Source: Lophium mytilinum
Taxonomy: Eukaryota
Length of the DNA stretch: 64,000 bases
NCBI GenBank assembly: GCA_010093605.1
Contig: MU004190.1
Coordinates: 1,116,001-1,180,000, forward strand
Direction of reading: 5' to 3'
Position numbers and translations under genes: made by a program. Position 1 is the first letter of the stretch. Each line of letters begins with the position of its first letter. This document shows, one piece after another, positions 24,610 through 37,489 of this stretch. The notes under the pieces are model-generated. The model made no database searches and was not told where the DNA came from. It saw only the letters and a program-made list of their open reading frames with translations.

Positions 24610-27534
24610 TTAGTAACCACGGTGCCACGGGCCAACCTGTACCCCGCGAACACCTATACGTTTGCGAAGCTCCGGTTCTAGCATCGCCGAGATAAGCTTT
24701 CTAGCAGAAGACGTGACATGGCTTGGAAAGGTCAGAGGCGTTGAGTTGATGTAGTTTTTTAGCATGATGATATTGTCGCCCATTGGATTCATTGAATCGT
24801 CGTGAAAGGGAAGGGATCCGCATAGCATCGCATACTGTTGCATGTTAGCGCAGGAATACGATTGGCTCTGTAGGCGTTACAGTGAAAACTTACTAAGATT
24901 ATCCCGCAACTCCACACATCAACCCACGGGCCTGTATACATGTCATCGTATTTGAGAAGTTCAGGGCCGGTGTAGGGCAGGAGGCTTTCGGGATTCTCCA
25001 AGCAGGCGCCCCGCAATTTTCCGTGCTCGTCCGCCTGCGCCAGGTTGAATAATGCGATGAATTCCCGGTTGTTTGAACCCCGCTCCATAGCTTTGGTCGG
25101 TTTATTCTTCGCATTAAATGTTCCTGCCATACTGAAGTCCGTCATAACGATATTGCCGTCTTTGTCGACTTGTAGTGTTCTTAGGTTAAGATTGTGATGG
25201 ATAACTCTAACGAATTGTAGATACTCTATCGCATCGAGAAGTTGCCTGAAAAACCTTCGAGCAGTGCCTTCTTTGAGCATTTTGCGCGAGGATATGTAAT
25301 CAAGGAGCGTACCGCGACTGGGATACTGAAGGACAAGGCAAATGTGATTTTTGTAGTGAATCATTTCGAATAGTCGTTGGATGTTATCATGGTTGATACT
25401 TGATTGGATCGCGTTCTCCAGATGAACGCTCGATGCCTGTTGCGAATCCGAGGTGTCGCGACGGTAAATACGGATTGCAATCAATTCCCCTTTGTCACTT
25501 TTTAGACCGCACATTATCTTGACTCTGCGATCTTCGTACAGCGTTCGACGGAAAACATATGGCCCAAAGGTGAATTTACGAGTAAGTAGTTGGTCCGACC
25601 GAAAAGGATTGCCAAGGTCTCCCACTTTGGTCACGCTGTCTTCTTGGGAGACTTCGCTTATTTTCTTACTCTCCTCCATCGGCGCGTCACGCAAGACTGG
25701 CAGCGGTAGGGCGGAGAGAGGGGAGAGGGCGGGAGGGACCTCGCCCATCCTTGGCGAGGGAAGGTTGTCGAGGAAGAGGTCGGGGCTGCCGTTGTCCTTG
25801 GAGCTCATTGTCTGTGAGAGAGGCCTCATGGCGATGGGCGCAAGCAGGGGCTGTGAAGCCACTGGGTTTGGACTAGAAGACACGGGAAGCGGGGATGAAG
25901 TTTGGAAGACCGGCTCATGCGGAGGTGGTATTACCCCCGGACTGGGACTAAGAGAATCAGGTGGATGGGGAGAGATATCTAAGGTCGGTCCATGTAGAGT
26001 TGGCGGAGTTCTGAGACTGGGGGAAGGAGTTGGTTGAGATGACTCTTTGAAGTTGGAGAGATGGGGAGGTTCGGGATCTCTTGTCGTCTCCAAAGTCTTA
26101 TCATTCTGTCTCTCGGCGATGATAGACTGCAGCACAGGCTTTCGCGACATCTGGGATCTGATGACTGACAAACTGTCGGCTATGGGCGTCCACGTGCTCG
26201 CAACGACGACTTGGTCTGCCCGTGGGATCACAGTCGACAGCCCGGTCGAAAACTCTTGTGCCCTTTGAGATTTGGTTGTAGTTTTGGCATTAGTGTTTGC
26301 ACCTATCGTGAGATTAGGCTCGTGCGTCTGATCGACCTCAGTAGTCCACGATGCCGAAGCGCCTGTCATATCGAAGTTGGGCGATGACATATCTGCCTGA
26401 AAGAAACTTTCGGAATTAGAGTTAGGGCGATGAACATTAGACTGCGTTCTGAATAGCAGAGGAGAGCAAGGAGTAAAGCGTACCTTTGTAAATCGAGAGA
26501 TGACCGTGCCGAAGAAGGCCTTTGTGTCTCAACCCAGGCGTGCGACATGGCATCTTTGGCCGTCAGCCGGTCTTTTGGTAAAGGAGCCATGAGAGACTTT
26601 ACGAAATCACAAGCGTCGTCGCTGATGCCGTGGACTGCCAAAACTTCAGTAGGGAAAGTTGTCTTTCCCCTGACGTAGGGTCCTAAACGTCTAATTGGGA
26701 AAGGTATCTCCCCGGTTAACGCCCGAAAGACAATCTCTCCTAAAGCCCAGACATCGACGGACACGGTGTATTGGTCTTCGACGTCAAGAGTGTTGAAATC
26801 AAGAAGGCCAAGTTGCATAAGTATTTCGGGTGCTAAAAATCCCGGCGTTCCATTCAGCGTTCGTAGAGCAGTAAGTCCCTCTGCACGTTTGCTAATGCCA
26901 AAATCGCCGATTTTAACCCACCAATCAGGTCCTGTTGACTTTACCAATATATTCTACACCAAATTGTGGTCAGGAATGTTAGATTTTACGTCTTGGAAAA
27001 AGATAGATCCTACCGTCGGTTTCAAGTCTCGGTGGGCGAAACCATTCTCGTGCATGAAAGCGATGCCTTCCAGGATCTGAAAAGTAATCTGCTGAACTTC
27101 TAATTCTGGCAAGGGTTTCGCTAAGTAACCCTGAGATCGCCAAGGGGAAAATACTCCAAGGCAATAAAAATGCTTTCCCCGCTCTTGTACCACCCAGAGG
27201 ATCGCACAAAGCATCGTTCGTATTGTTTATTGGAAAATTTAGCAATAGCTTCAAGCTCACGACTGTAGTCGATGGTACTTAATGGATGGCTGTTTTTGCG
27301 GATTTCCTTCACGGCACGTTGCTTTGCATCAGCCTCGCCCGACACCAACTTCTCGAGCCATACGGTCCCGAACGCACCGGAGCCAAGGCAGCCACATCTT
27401 TGCCAGTGCTCTTCCTTCTTTACAGTCCGTTGGCGAGCGCTGGCTCCAGAGACATAGTACGTATGGTGGGTGTGACCAGAGTAGAATCGCGTTCTCAGCC
27501 TTGAGTCCCTCACGAGATCTGACCTCGGAGCCAT
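24610..27534 (-). CDS. Two-kinase-domain protein: N-terminal Ser/Thr kinase + C-terminal Kin4/Ppk1-like pseudokinase; 1-bp frameshift at ~27133
   Basis: Domain 1: LGSGAFGTV, AVKEI, HRDLKPTNILV, KIGDFG, GTPGFLAPE, DVWALG. Domain 2: [43 protein letters not shown]. Introns 26954-27013, ~26407-26483 (AAG acceptor) and ~24835-24893. Confidence 0.75.
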
Positions 27535-28414
27535 GGCAGCATAGGGCCAGTAGTATGAAGAAACGATATGCAATGCATCGAACGCGGTAAGTGCGCGAAG
27601 CTCAAGAAGGAAAGCGAACGGAGAAGGATAGAAATTGATGAAGACGTGAAGAAGTTGGGATAGGAAGGCTGAGCAGCTCAGCGATGTGGGCCGGCTGCTT
27701 AGATAAGCAGCCGCCTGTATACCTGCCGCCCGTAGTAGCTAGATACGATACAACAACCTACACACGCATCACCGGGCTACAGCGATTGGGCACGGCGCTT
27801 GGAAATGGCGCTAGCCGTTTTCAGTGGCCCCTCATTCAGCGCCCAACTCTCCTTCAGGACACAACGCTGCCTCTTACCTCCATCATCTCCATCGCCTTCC
27901 GATGCATATCATCCACCTCCCTTTCCTGAGCTCTGGAGAGAACATGCGAACTCTGAAAGCAAGATGCGCGGCGGACACACAACAGGCTAAGTGCTCGAAG
28001 GTCTCCAGGCCGCCGCATCTTAGTCCCAACTTGACGAATCGATTCGACATAGCGATGTTTAGAGATGACAGCGACTTTCAACACACCTCCATGAGGACTT
28101 CTCTGATCAAAGTGATGCTCCACGGCTGCCTGAGGTGGCGCCGCAAGATATCAGATTTATCGACATGATGGGTCTGTATGTTCTTCAGATTGGCGAACAC
28201 TTAAAAAGGGTTTTAAGAAAAGGCGCCAGGAACCGAACGTCTAGTAAGGGGATATTATCATAAGAAAACACGGATGCTTAGTTACAGAGAAGGAACCATT
28301 TATCATTACTTGGCTTGCTGTTCATAGATAGAGATGACATAACAACATAAGCTCTTAACACAACCAGAAACTCTGTTCTCCAACTGAAAACTCAATCCAC
28401 TGCCGTCACCAGCG

Positions 28415-29298
28415 TCACAACAGTTCTCGCGGGGAATAATATCCGTGTCCTGGAAGCTCTACTGGCTCTGTGTGGAGTAATTCTCCAGAAGGCGCTTGCG
28501 AAAACTCTTCTAGCGGATACTTCGGAGGGTCAGAACCAACGTAGATGGGCAGATCCGTGGGTTGCCCTAGCGTTCGACGCGTCTTCATAGCTTTCATGCC
28601 AAGGTATACACCAAGAAGGAGGACTAAAGGTATACCTAAGCCTAAGCCAACACCGAGTCCGACCTTGAATGCAGAGTTGTTGTTTTGCGGCTGTGGCGAT
28701 TGAGTCGGAGCGCTCAGTGTTTGGACCGGGACAGATTGTGTAGCCGTGACACTTCTTGCGCTTGCATCTGAGGTCGAAGCCGAGGTCGAGGTTGCTGTAG
28801 ATGTTGCAGATGCGGTGATGGAAGACGAAACTCCTTTCGCTGTGATATTGAAATAGTGGGATGTGAAGCTATTCCCTTCCGGATCCAAGACCCAGATGAA
28901 GAAGACGGGTGAGTCCTCCAATTTCAGAGAATAAGTTTGGACGTTCCATTCGAAGCCGCCTACTTCAGAGTCGCTTGATGACTTCGCTATACAGTCTCTT
29001 CGTTAGTTCCGAACACTCTTGCGTACGACCGATCCATGGCAGACATACCATATATGATGGCCCCTGAAGTAGCTGCGCCTCCCGGCGAGCTCTGCTGCCA
29101 GAGTGTGAGGTTATAGGTGTCGAAGTCTGTATTCCATTGAAGGCGTTGAGTACTAGATAGCGGGAAAATGGGATCTAAAGAGTAATCGTTGCTGTCGCCA
29201 GCCCGGCCTGGAAACAGCCAGAAATTGCTTTCGGCGCTGATCGCAATAGCGAAAAACAAGGGAACAAGGATAGGAACGGCCTTGACTCTTCCAAACAT
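28415..29298 (-). CDS. Single-pass cell-surface protein (signal peptide, S/T-rich linker, Mid2-like TM)
   Basis: MFGRVKAVPILVPLFFAIA signal; LQWNT..YNLTLWQQ; FTSHYFNIT; KVGLGVGLGLGIPLVLLLGVYLG TM; intron ~28987-29048. Confidence 0.8.
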
Positions 29299-30020
29299 TG
29301 AAGCCGAACTGGTGTCTCCAGAAAATGGAGTAAATGAGAAAAGAGTTGAGAGGCGTAGATGCTGTGGTACCTCAGAGAAAAGCAAGAACACTTGCTCGGT
29401 CTATACGGCGCGGAAAGTCTTGATGCATAGGTCCAATCTTACCGCTAGTCCCCAGACGCATACACGATATTGGAGGCTGCGGCACAGCAAGACAGACTTG
29501 AGTTCTCAAACACCCCCACCCCCATAGATAAGGCAATTTTGAATCGAAACATCTTTTGCGCCGTGGCAAGACTCACGTAGCAATTGAAAAAGCGGAGATA
29601 GTCGACAGGATAGAGTACAACCACCTTGGAACTGCTCCTTGGAGCTGTTGTAGTTGGGAGCAAAGCCGTGAAGTCTGGAAAGGCAGGTCCAGTGTGATGA
29701 TGTGACGACCAATAGAAAATTGACCTTTAGCTCCCAACCCCCTGCCCCCAGCCCCTTTCACTCAGAGCTAGCCGCTCGGCAGCGGGTCGTCCCACTCCCC
29801 GCGCCTAACAACATATTTATACCGACATCTCATCAGCATACGCCGCAGGCCTGCATGAGATCCTTTCTTACGGCTGCAGATCAGCCTTTCGTACGCGCCG
29901 TCGGGCGCTCTGCTGTGCCGCATGCATCAGCTGCAAAGCCCTCCCTCCTGCTGACTTCCTTGAAGATGCCAGATCTTCCTCGATTCCCCAAGAAATCTGC
30001 GCGATCTCAGCCGTTCTGTC

Positions 30021-31352
30021 ATGATTGCAAATTCAATACCTCAAAGGCGCATTCAACTTGCAATAGTTGGGATTGTCGCTTTGTCTTTGTTTCTACTGTA
30101 TTTTCGACGCGAACTATCGTCTGCATCGAATGAATTGCCATACTTGAGTGGGGCGGTTGCGCAAAGTGGCTTCTTGGAACATGTGCAGAACCGAACTCTA
30201 GGGGTACATTTAAATTTCTTTCCACAACTTCTTACTCCGTGTGTCCAAGCAGACTCTTACAATGCGTTAGTTCCAGAAAATCGTCGTCCTCAATCTCCCA
30301 TCTCGGACAGATCATAAAGACGCCGTTTCCCTAGCTGCGGCCTTGAGCAATATACAGCTCGATTGGATAGATGGGGTGAAAGGTGCCGATGTCCTTGATA
30401 AGGTCCTGCCTCCAGGAGATTACCAAAACCCTCCTGATGGCGTCAAAGGATGCTGGAGGGCACATATGAAAGCTCTCCTGACGTGCGTACTCTAGATATC
30501 CTTACATGCTTCGTTCATTGCTAAAGAACAGTCTGTAGTGTTGTCCAGCAAAATGTCTCCACAGCCCTCATTATGGAAGACGATGTAGACTGGGACATAC
30601 GAATCAGAGACCAACTACACAGTTTCGCACTCTCATCCCGCGCTCTCACACAGCCTCTCTCCTCGAATCCCTCTAAATACGCCGATCCCACATTTCCAGA
30701 GCCAAAACCAGAAGCTCAGATCCTGAATATCTCTCTCGAAAGCGCTCCCAGGACGATCGAGCCCTCCAATTCTCCATACGGCGATAATTGGGATCTGCTC
30801 TGGCTCGGCCATTGCGGCATGCAATTCCCCAAGCCCGACAACAAACCCCTCAACCCGCTCGGTCGTGTTGTACACTCCAACGACCTCACCGTCCCAGAGA
30901 AGCAATTCATCCATTTCCAATGGGGCTCCGAAGACCTCACCAACGACTATCCCGCCCACACGCGCGTCGTGCACCACGCCACCGGCGGCGTCTGCTCGCT
31001 GGCCTACGCCGTCTCGCAGCGGGGCGCACGCCGCCTACTCTACGAACTCGGCGTCAACAAGTTCTCCTCAAACCTAGATATCATGCTGCGCGAGTTCTGC
31101 AGTGGGGCGAATGGGCGTGTGCATGGGACGTGTTTGACTGTGCAGCCGCAGTTGTTCCAGCACCATCGGCCGAGAGGTGCGAGGAAAGGGTTCAGTGACA
31201 TTTCGGATCATGGGGAGGATTGGAATGAGAAGCCTTATTCGAAGCATATACAGTGGAGTGTTAGGATGAATTTTAGAAAGATGGTGATGGGGGAGACGGA
31301 TTATGCGGATCAGTGGCCGGCTGGGGGGAAGGATAACGGGTTGCCCAGTTGA
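30021..31352 (+). CDS. Glycosyltransferase family 25 protein
   Basis: N-terminal TM; NRTLGFQKIVVLNLPSRTDH, GCWRAHM, ALIMEDDVDWD, PYGDNWDLLWLGHCG, CSLAYAVS; introns ~30204-30270 and ~30483-30538. Confidence 0.9.
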
Positions 31353-32456
31353 TAGATATGGGGAAATGAAGTTAACTAAACGGACGCTTGAGCATATATC
31401 ATTGCTCTGGTGTGGCTTTTTCCGGATAGACTCCCTGGATTCTCATCTATATGTGCGCCGCCGTCTGTGGCCGCCTACCGAGTTTATAGACGTTTGAAAA
31501 TGATTGAACGCCGTCTTGCTAAGAGCTTGGAACATGCTCTGAGCCCTTACAGCAAAGCGCTGTGCTTATAATTAAGTCTTCCATAGTTTTTCTAGAACGA
31601 TTTGCTCTATCTCAACCGCCGTGGTTGCGACAGCCCCGAAACTCAAATATCTCCACCCCAACACCTTCTTTCCAAAATCTGGCGCGGTAGAAAGTTCCAC
31701 CTCAATCTAATCTTCTTCTTACCCAGCGGATAGGTCCGTAGCCTTTATGGTTGAATAAACACAATTTCGCTCTGTGCTCCACACTTATTCGCAACGAGAC
31801 CGAAAGCAGCAGGAGCTCGGACCAGAAAAGGAGGGGTAATTCTGAGGTTGTGTTGACCATTCACTAGGGAAATTCGATTCATGGACACTCACATGTTATT
31901 GCATGTAGAACTCACTACTAAAAGCATGTTACATGACAGGAGTGGATGAGTCAATATATGATTGGATGAGCACAGAAAAACCGTAGCCAATGAGGGCGCA
32001 ACCGAAGTGGCTTACCTCGTCCCGATGCCGTCATCACCTGCGGCATGCCGAAACGACGCATGCGTCAACCGTGTCACGACCTGCACCGAGAATCCCGACC
32101 GGCGTGCGAGATGCACGTAGGTACGACGACTGTGGCTTTGCTAGTAGTCTCAAAGCCTGGAACTGTCTGATACCTGACTCTATATTATGGGCGGGTTGTG
32201 GCAGTACATACGCCTGCGATGTTAGACTTGAAATCCTTTGCACTTTCGAAAGAGTCACGAGTATACCCTATGTCAATGACGGTTTCCACTTTCATACTTT
32301 GCATTTGATACCCCCTACAATCGAGCTTTTCTCGGAATTTCTAGACTCATATATTGACTTGCATACACATTCCTACTGTTCTACTCCATAACCTCTTCAG
32401 CACCGCTTGACATAGCACTCCATCAAGTACAGCATAACCTCAAAACCACCAACACC

Positions 32457-33903
32457 ATGACCTCCGCCCTCAAATCCGCCTTCTCCACCTCCCGCTCCCC
32501 CTCCCCCTCCCCCTCCACCACCGTCCCCGACCCCTCCCAAAAAGACAAATACCTCCTCCGCGTCACCGCCGGCCCGACCTACAGCCCCAGCACCCACACC
32601 CTCATACCCGTCAACACCCCCACCCCGACCCACATCTCGTCCCCCCTCATGGACGCCTGGCTCAACATCCGCATCAAAAACTACAACGGCCTCCCCACCA
32701 CCTCCCCGTCCACCTCCACCCCTTACTTCTCGCACCCCCTGCACACCGCCGACCTGCACAGCGTCGCCTACTCCTTCATCCCGAAGCGCGACATCCCCGG
32801 CCCGGACCTCGTCACCGGCTTCGATTTCGACCATAGCATTCGGGATCGGCTGCCGCCCGGGTTTAAGACGGCGATGCGGATTGTTACGACGTTGCTTGAT
32901 CCGGGGATTTATGCTGATCCGTATTCGGACGCGCCATACCTTTATGGGCCGGCGTTGTCGAGTTTTTTCGCGTTGAGGGTGGGGGAGAAGGGGGATGGCA
33001 GGGTTAATGTGGAAGAGGGGGAGGTGATTGAGGAAGGCGGGGATGGGAGCGGGGCGGGCGTGAGAGAGAGGTTAGGGGTGCCGGATACGGCGAATAAGCG
33101 GCGGAAGCACTTTTTGAAGAGGGAGAGGTTGGAGGGGTTTGTGTTTGAGGAGGGGAGGAGGTATGGGGGGGATTTTTTTAATCCGTATTTGGATTTTTCG
33201 AGTGAGTGGATTTGTGAAAGGGGTGGGAAGGGGCTAATGAGGGGTAGATTTTGCGTTGAAGCTTCCCGGGTTTTCGATTAGTGTGGTCAGGTATATTGAT
33301 GATAAGACGCATGAGTTGAGGTATGTGCTCAAGGATCGCGAGACGGGGGAAGTGGGGTTGGTGGTTATTTTTACGTTGTTGTTTGGGAAGAAGTTGGAGG
33401 AGGCGTTGGCGGCTGAGAAGGGCGAGGGTGGGGAGCAGACTGAGGAAGAAAGACCTGCGGGTAGGGAAGAGAAGGAGGTGCCTGTGACGAACGGTGTGGC
33501 CTCTGAGCCGAGAGGCGTCCTAGATGAAGAGGACGCCCAAGACAAGGATGCCAGCATGCCCAACGGTACTCTATCCGATCTCCCGATGCCGACTTCGAAA
33601 ACGGAAGAGCAGCTCGAGGACGACCGCCCGAGTAGGACGCACTCATCAGACGTCTCGGCAACACCCTCATCAGAGACATCTGAAGATTCGTCGTCGGAGA
33701 ATGTATCGTATCTGACCTCGACCCTCTATTCCGCACTCTCGTCACTAGGTTTCGGTGCAGGTACATCGAGTTCCGCATCTTCTTCTGCCAAATCGAGTAA
33801 AGAAAGCTCTCCGTCTAGACAAGCTGGTCTCAATCGCCATGTGGAGGGCATAGACGATGAGGGCATGGAGGACTATTTGAGAAGTCGGAATGCCGGTACG
33901 TAA
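32457..33903 (+). CDS. DUF1769-family protein
   Basis: YLLRVTAGPTY, GFDFDHSIRDRLPPGF, LLDPGIYADPYSDAPYLYGPALSS, RRKHFL, DFFNPYLDF; intron 33202-33247; LRYVLKDR. Confidence 0.85.
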
Positions 33904-34294
33904 GAGTTTTGTTGGGAAAACAGATGAACGCAAGGTGTAAGTTAGAGTAAGGATGAACTTGCATTCAAGAATCGAGAAACATAGAACTAGACGAGCGAAT
34001 ACGAGCATAATGAGACAATATAAAGCGTTCCTGACAGCTCAAGATAATGAGAATGGGCCTTTATCGGTTTTCAAAGGCAATATTGAAGTACCCTTTTGGC
34101 GACGACTGAGACTCTTCATTTCGGAAATTTGGTAATCACAGCCCCAAGCTACCATGATCTATCAGGACGTATCTCGGATGGAATTAAAATTGATGTGATG
34201 AGTCGAGATGCATTTGGTTGGAAAATGGCGTATCCTCGTTAGACTAGATGAAATCCATCACGGTCTAAAACTGCTCCGGGATTTTACAGATGCT

Positions 34295-35431
34295 CTACCA
34301 AGTTATCTCTTTCCACCAATCCTCAGGGATGTCACCAATGCTCCGCACAATTATCTCTGCCTTCCAATTCTCAATCATCTTCCGCGTTTTTTTGATTCGC
34401 TCGTCACTAGGCAAGACTTTGCAAGCTTCAGCATATAAAAGAGATGCATACGCTGCTTTGCGCACTGATTGCTTTTTTGGGCCAGCAGCAAACCGCATTG
34501 CCCACAAGGTGCAACGGCTGAGCGTTGAGTAGAAGTCAAGTCCGAGGGAAACCACGGATTGGCTAAACTCTGGGCCTCCGATATCGAGTAGTAACCCCCA
34601 GTCATTGCTATTCTTCAGGTTGCAGAGTTGCGCGATGGCATATCGGCAAATGTGAGCGCTTGATGTGTAGTCGTTTCCGAGAAGCTGCGTAACTGCGAGA
34701 GAGTGCTTCTGCGTGAAGTATTGATTGACATCAGCTGGAGTAGACCAGGCCAGACGTCTGATAGATTCCAGTGCGCGTTGACACAGGTCAAGGTCGACTC
34801 CGGTGATTTGTAAGTGGGGGAAGCTGTGAAGATGTGTGGTGTAAGGGCGCAGTAGTAGTTCCTGGTGTTTCCGCGGAAGTTCGGGCTCCGAGAAGATGTT
34901 GAATATGTCGAGGGAATGTTGGCAGTCCCGATAGGTTTTGTGTCCTTCGCCGAGAGCAGCGCAGAACTTGTCCAAGTCTCGATAGAGAAGCATCAGATCA
35001 TACTCTGGACTTGAATAACCGGCGTTGGACAGGTGATGGTGCATGACATATCCGTTGAATGCGGAGACGCATCGCGTAGTCCTCGTGATGATTGCTATGC
35101 GATTTACGAGTAAGAAGTTTTCCAAGTCCAAACCCTGCGAAGTGATGCGAACAAAAAGGTTGCCTTTGAGCATTACATCGTATGCTTCGCGGTAAATTGA
35201 TTTAGACACAGTCAGAATCTTGGTCTTGATAGAATGAGGAATTGTTTCAATAATCTGGGGTACAGGGTAAGGATGCTCGAAGGGTCCATGATCGGCACGA
35301 TAACTAGCGTCGCAGAGAAGGATCTTGTAGACTTCGATCCGTACTTCTGATGGCAGGTCCAAGAACCGGAAAGTTGGTGTAGGGGCCATCGTATTTGCCT
35401 TGAAGGGAGCCGGAAGCCAATTCGACATCAT
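34295..35431 (-). CDS. Hypothetical protein with N-terminal F-box-like/2EXR-like motif (paralogue A)
   Basis: FRFLDLPSEVRIEVYKILL, ILTVSKSIYREAYDVMLKGNLFVRI; 378-aa intronless ORF. Confidence 0.75.
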   Translation of the reverse strand: MMSNWLPAPFKANTMAPTPTFRFLDLPSEVRIEVYKILLCDASYRADHGPFEHPYPVPQIIETIPHSIKTKILTVSKSIYREAYDVMLKGNLFVRITSQGLDLENFLLVNRIAIITRTTRCVSAFNGYVMHHHLSNAGYSSPEYDLMLLYRDLDKFCAALGEGHKTYRDCQHSLDIFNIFSEPELPRKHQELLLRPYTTHLHSFPHLQITGVDLDLCQRALESIRRLAWSTPADVNQYFTQKHSLAVTQLLGNDYTSSAHICRYAIAQLCNLKNSNDWGLLLDIGGPEFSQSVVSLGLDFYSTLSRCTLWAMRFAAGPKKQSVRKAAYASLLYAEACKVLPSDERIKKTRKMIENWKAEIIVRSIGDIPEDWWKEITW

Positions 35432-36026
35432 GGAAAGACAGGATATCGTTGTAGTGTTGCGGTGCCGAGCTGTCGAGCTCTCGAGGTGTTAGGTAGGTAT
35501 GGAGCTGTTGAGTCGTGGTATATATCATCGAGGAAGTTGGAGACGTGGCAACAGAGAACCCAGGACATCCCATGGTATATTTAGTGCGAGTCTCTGGGCC
35601 TGGATCATAGATCCTCATTCTAACCTAGGTTGGTTTACGCTACGCGACACTCACGCCCGTGGGTGTATAGCCGGCTTTGACTACCTCGTACCTTGGTACG
35701 CTATAACCAGACGGCAACGGTTAAAAGGATTGCGACGGCCGTCCAGTGCAATAAGTGCATATTCTTGATACGTACATAATGTTGTTCGAGGTAAAACACA
35801 CGCGGGTAGGCGGTTCTCCGCGTCTGGTTTAGCGTATCTTTCCTCGCTTGTGTACTTCGCAATCAGTTGGCCTCTCTCTCCAGGAGCTGCTTATTCTACT
35901 TTCTACATCCTCCACAGCGACACAACCGTCCTCGAATCTTCTATTACGTCTCGGAAAGAGCCCAAATGACCACTAATATTCCAATTTTGCCGGGAAAACC
36001 TACCAACGAATCATCAGTCCTGCAAC

Positions 36027-36838
36027 ATGGCTTCTCAAGACATCATTTTATATGATCTGCCTAGCAAAGGGCGGTGCCACTGCTGGTCTCCGAACGCGTG
36101 GAAGACTCGACTGGCGTTGAACTATAAGGGTGAGCCAGCAGGCTGCGAGACTGAAAATGCTTTTGACGAAAATAGGGCTCGCATACAAGACCGAGTTCAC
36201 CGAATACCCAGACATTGCACCCAAGCTCGAAGCGCTTGGGCTTCCTCCAGATCCCGTTGACCACGACTACACGATTCCAGCCCTCAAGCTTGGAGACGAG
36301 TACTTCATGGACTCAATGGTAATTGCGAAGGAGCTGGAGAAGCGATATCCGACGCCTTCGCTTAATCTAGATTCCCCAAAGATCAAGCGGACGCGCGGTC
36401 TGCTAGGACCTGCTCTTGAGTCGTTGAGACCGGTAAGTATCTTCCAGTTTTTCAGGCCCTCAAACACCAATTCTGTTACAGATCTGGATGCCCAAGGTCC
36501 CGGACAGCCTGTTGCGAGAGAGGTCAGTGGAGTACTTTTACCGCACTCGCGCAGAGCGGGTGGGAATGCCGTTGGAAGAGTATGCGGAGAAGAAGGGAGG
36601 GGAGCAACGCTGGATGGAGGCTTTGATGGCTATTGATGATCTCGCCGCTTTTGTTAGTGCGACGGAAGGACCTTTCGTTGACGGCAACGATGTCTCGTAT
36701 GCCGACTTCATAATCGTTGGGGCTATGTTCTTCATCAAGCGTATTGATGAAAAAGACTTTGAAAGGCTGCTGGAAAACGCAAAACCGGTGCTTCAACAAC
36801 TTGAGGCTTGCGCTCAGTGGTTCAAGCAGGATGACTGA
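36027..36838 (+). CDS. Glutathione S-transferase (fungal GSTFuA/etherase-like class)
   Basis: IILYDLP...WSPNAWKTRLALNYKG, YTIPAL, MDSMVIA..LE..YP, GPFVDG..VSYADF; introns 36130-36175 and 36433-36481. Confidence 0.92.
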
Positions 36839-37489
36839 ATAGCGGTATGATGTGTAGATTTGTCTTTAAAAAAGTGAACTGCTGACGTTTCGAGTCCGGG
36901 GTGCCTTCGTATCTAAATCACGTGATAGGAGGGTAGAATTGATATAAGTGCTTCCTTGGAGGATTCAAACGCTGAACCTTGTAGCTTCAGGATAGCAACG
37001 TAGGATTTGACGAGAAAGCTAACAAGAGAGTAGTAAGAAACGAGACACTAGGCTACATGGACGTCAATCTGTCTGCACTCAACTACCCTGTCTTGTGATA
37101 CTTCAACATGATGTCGATAATCCATAGGTACCAGTCTTTTAAAGTGAAAGACGATGCGTTTAAGGCGACTTAGGAAGTATACGGATTGATCGAAATTATC
37201 AAAACTCTAGTGGTCTCATTCTTCAGAGTGTGTTGGAATCGCCATTACCCTTGTAAAAGGAGGAAGAAGGTGGACGCGGACTTATGATGAAGCAATATAT
37301 GTGAGGGCTAGAGCATGAACATTTGTGATATCACCCGCGCAACATCATAGAGCTACAGTATCGAAGCAGAGTGTGTCGGCAGATCATCATGGCTCCCGGG
37401 GAACCTTATTCCTAAAAAACCAATAATTTAGTTCTAAGCTTTTACTGATCTGTAATCTGGTGATTCTCCATACCTGTTCTGAACGCCGT

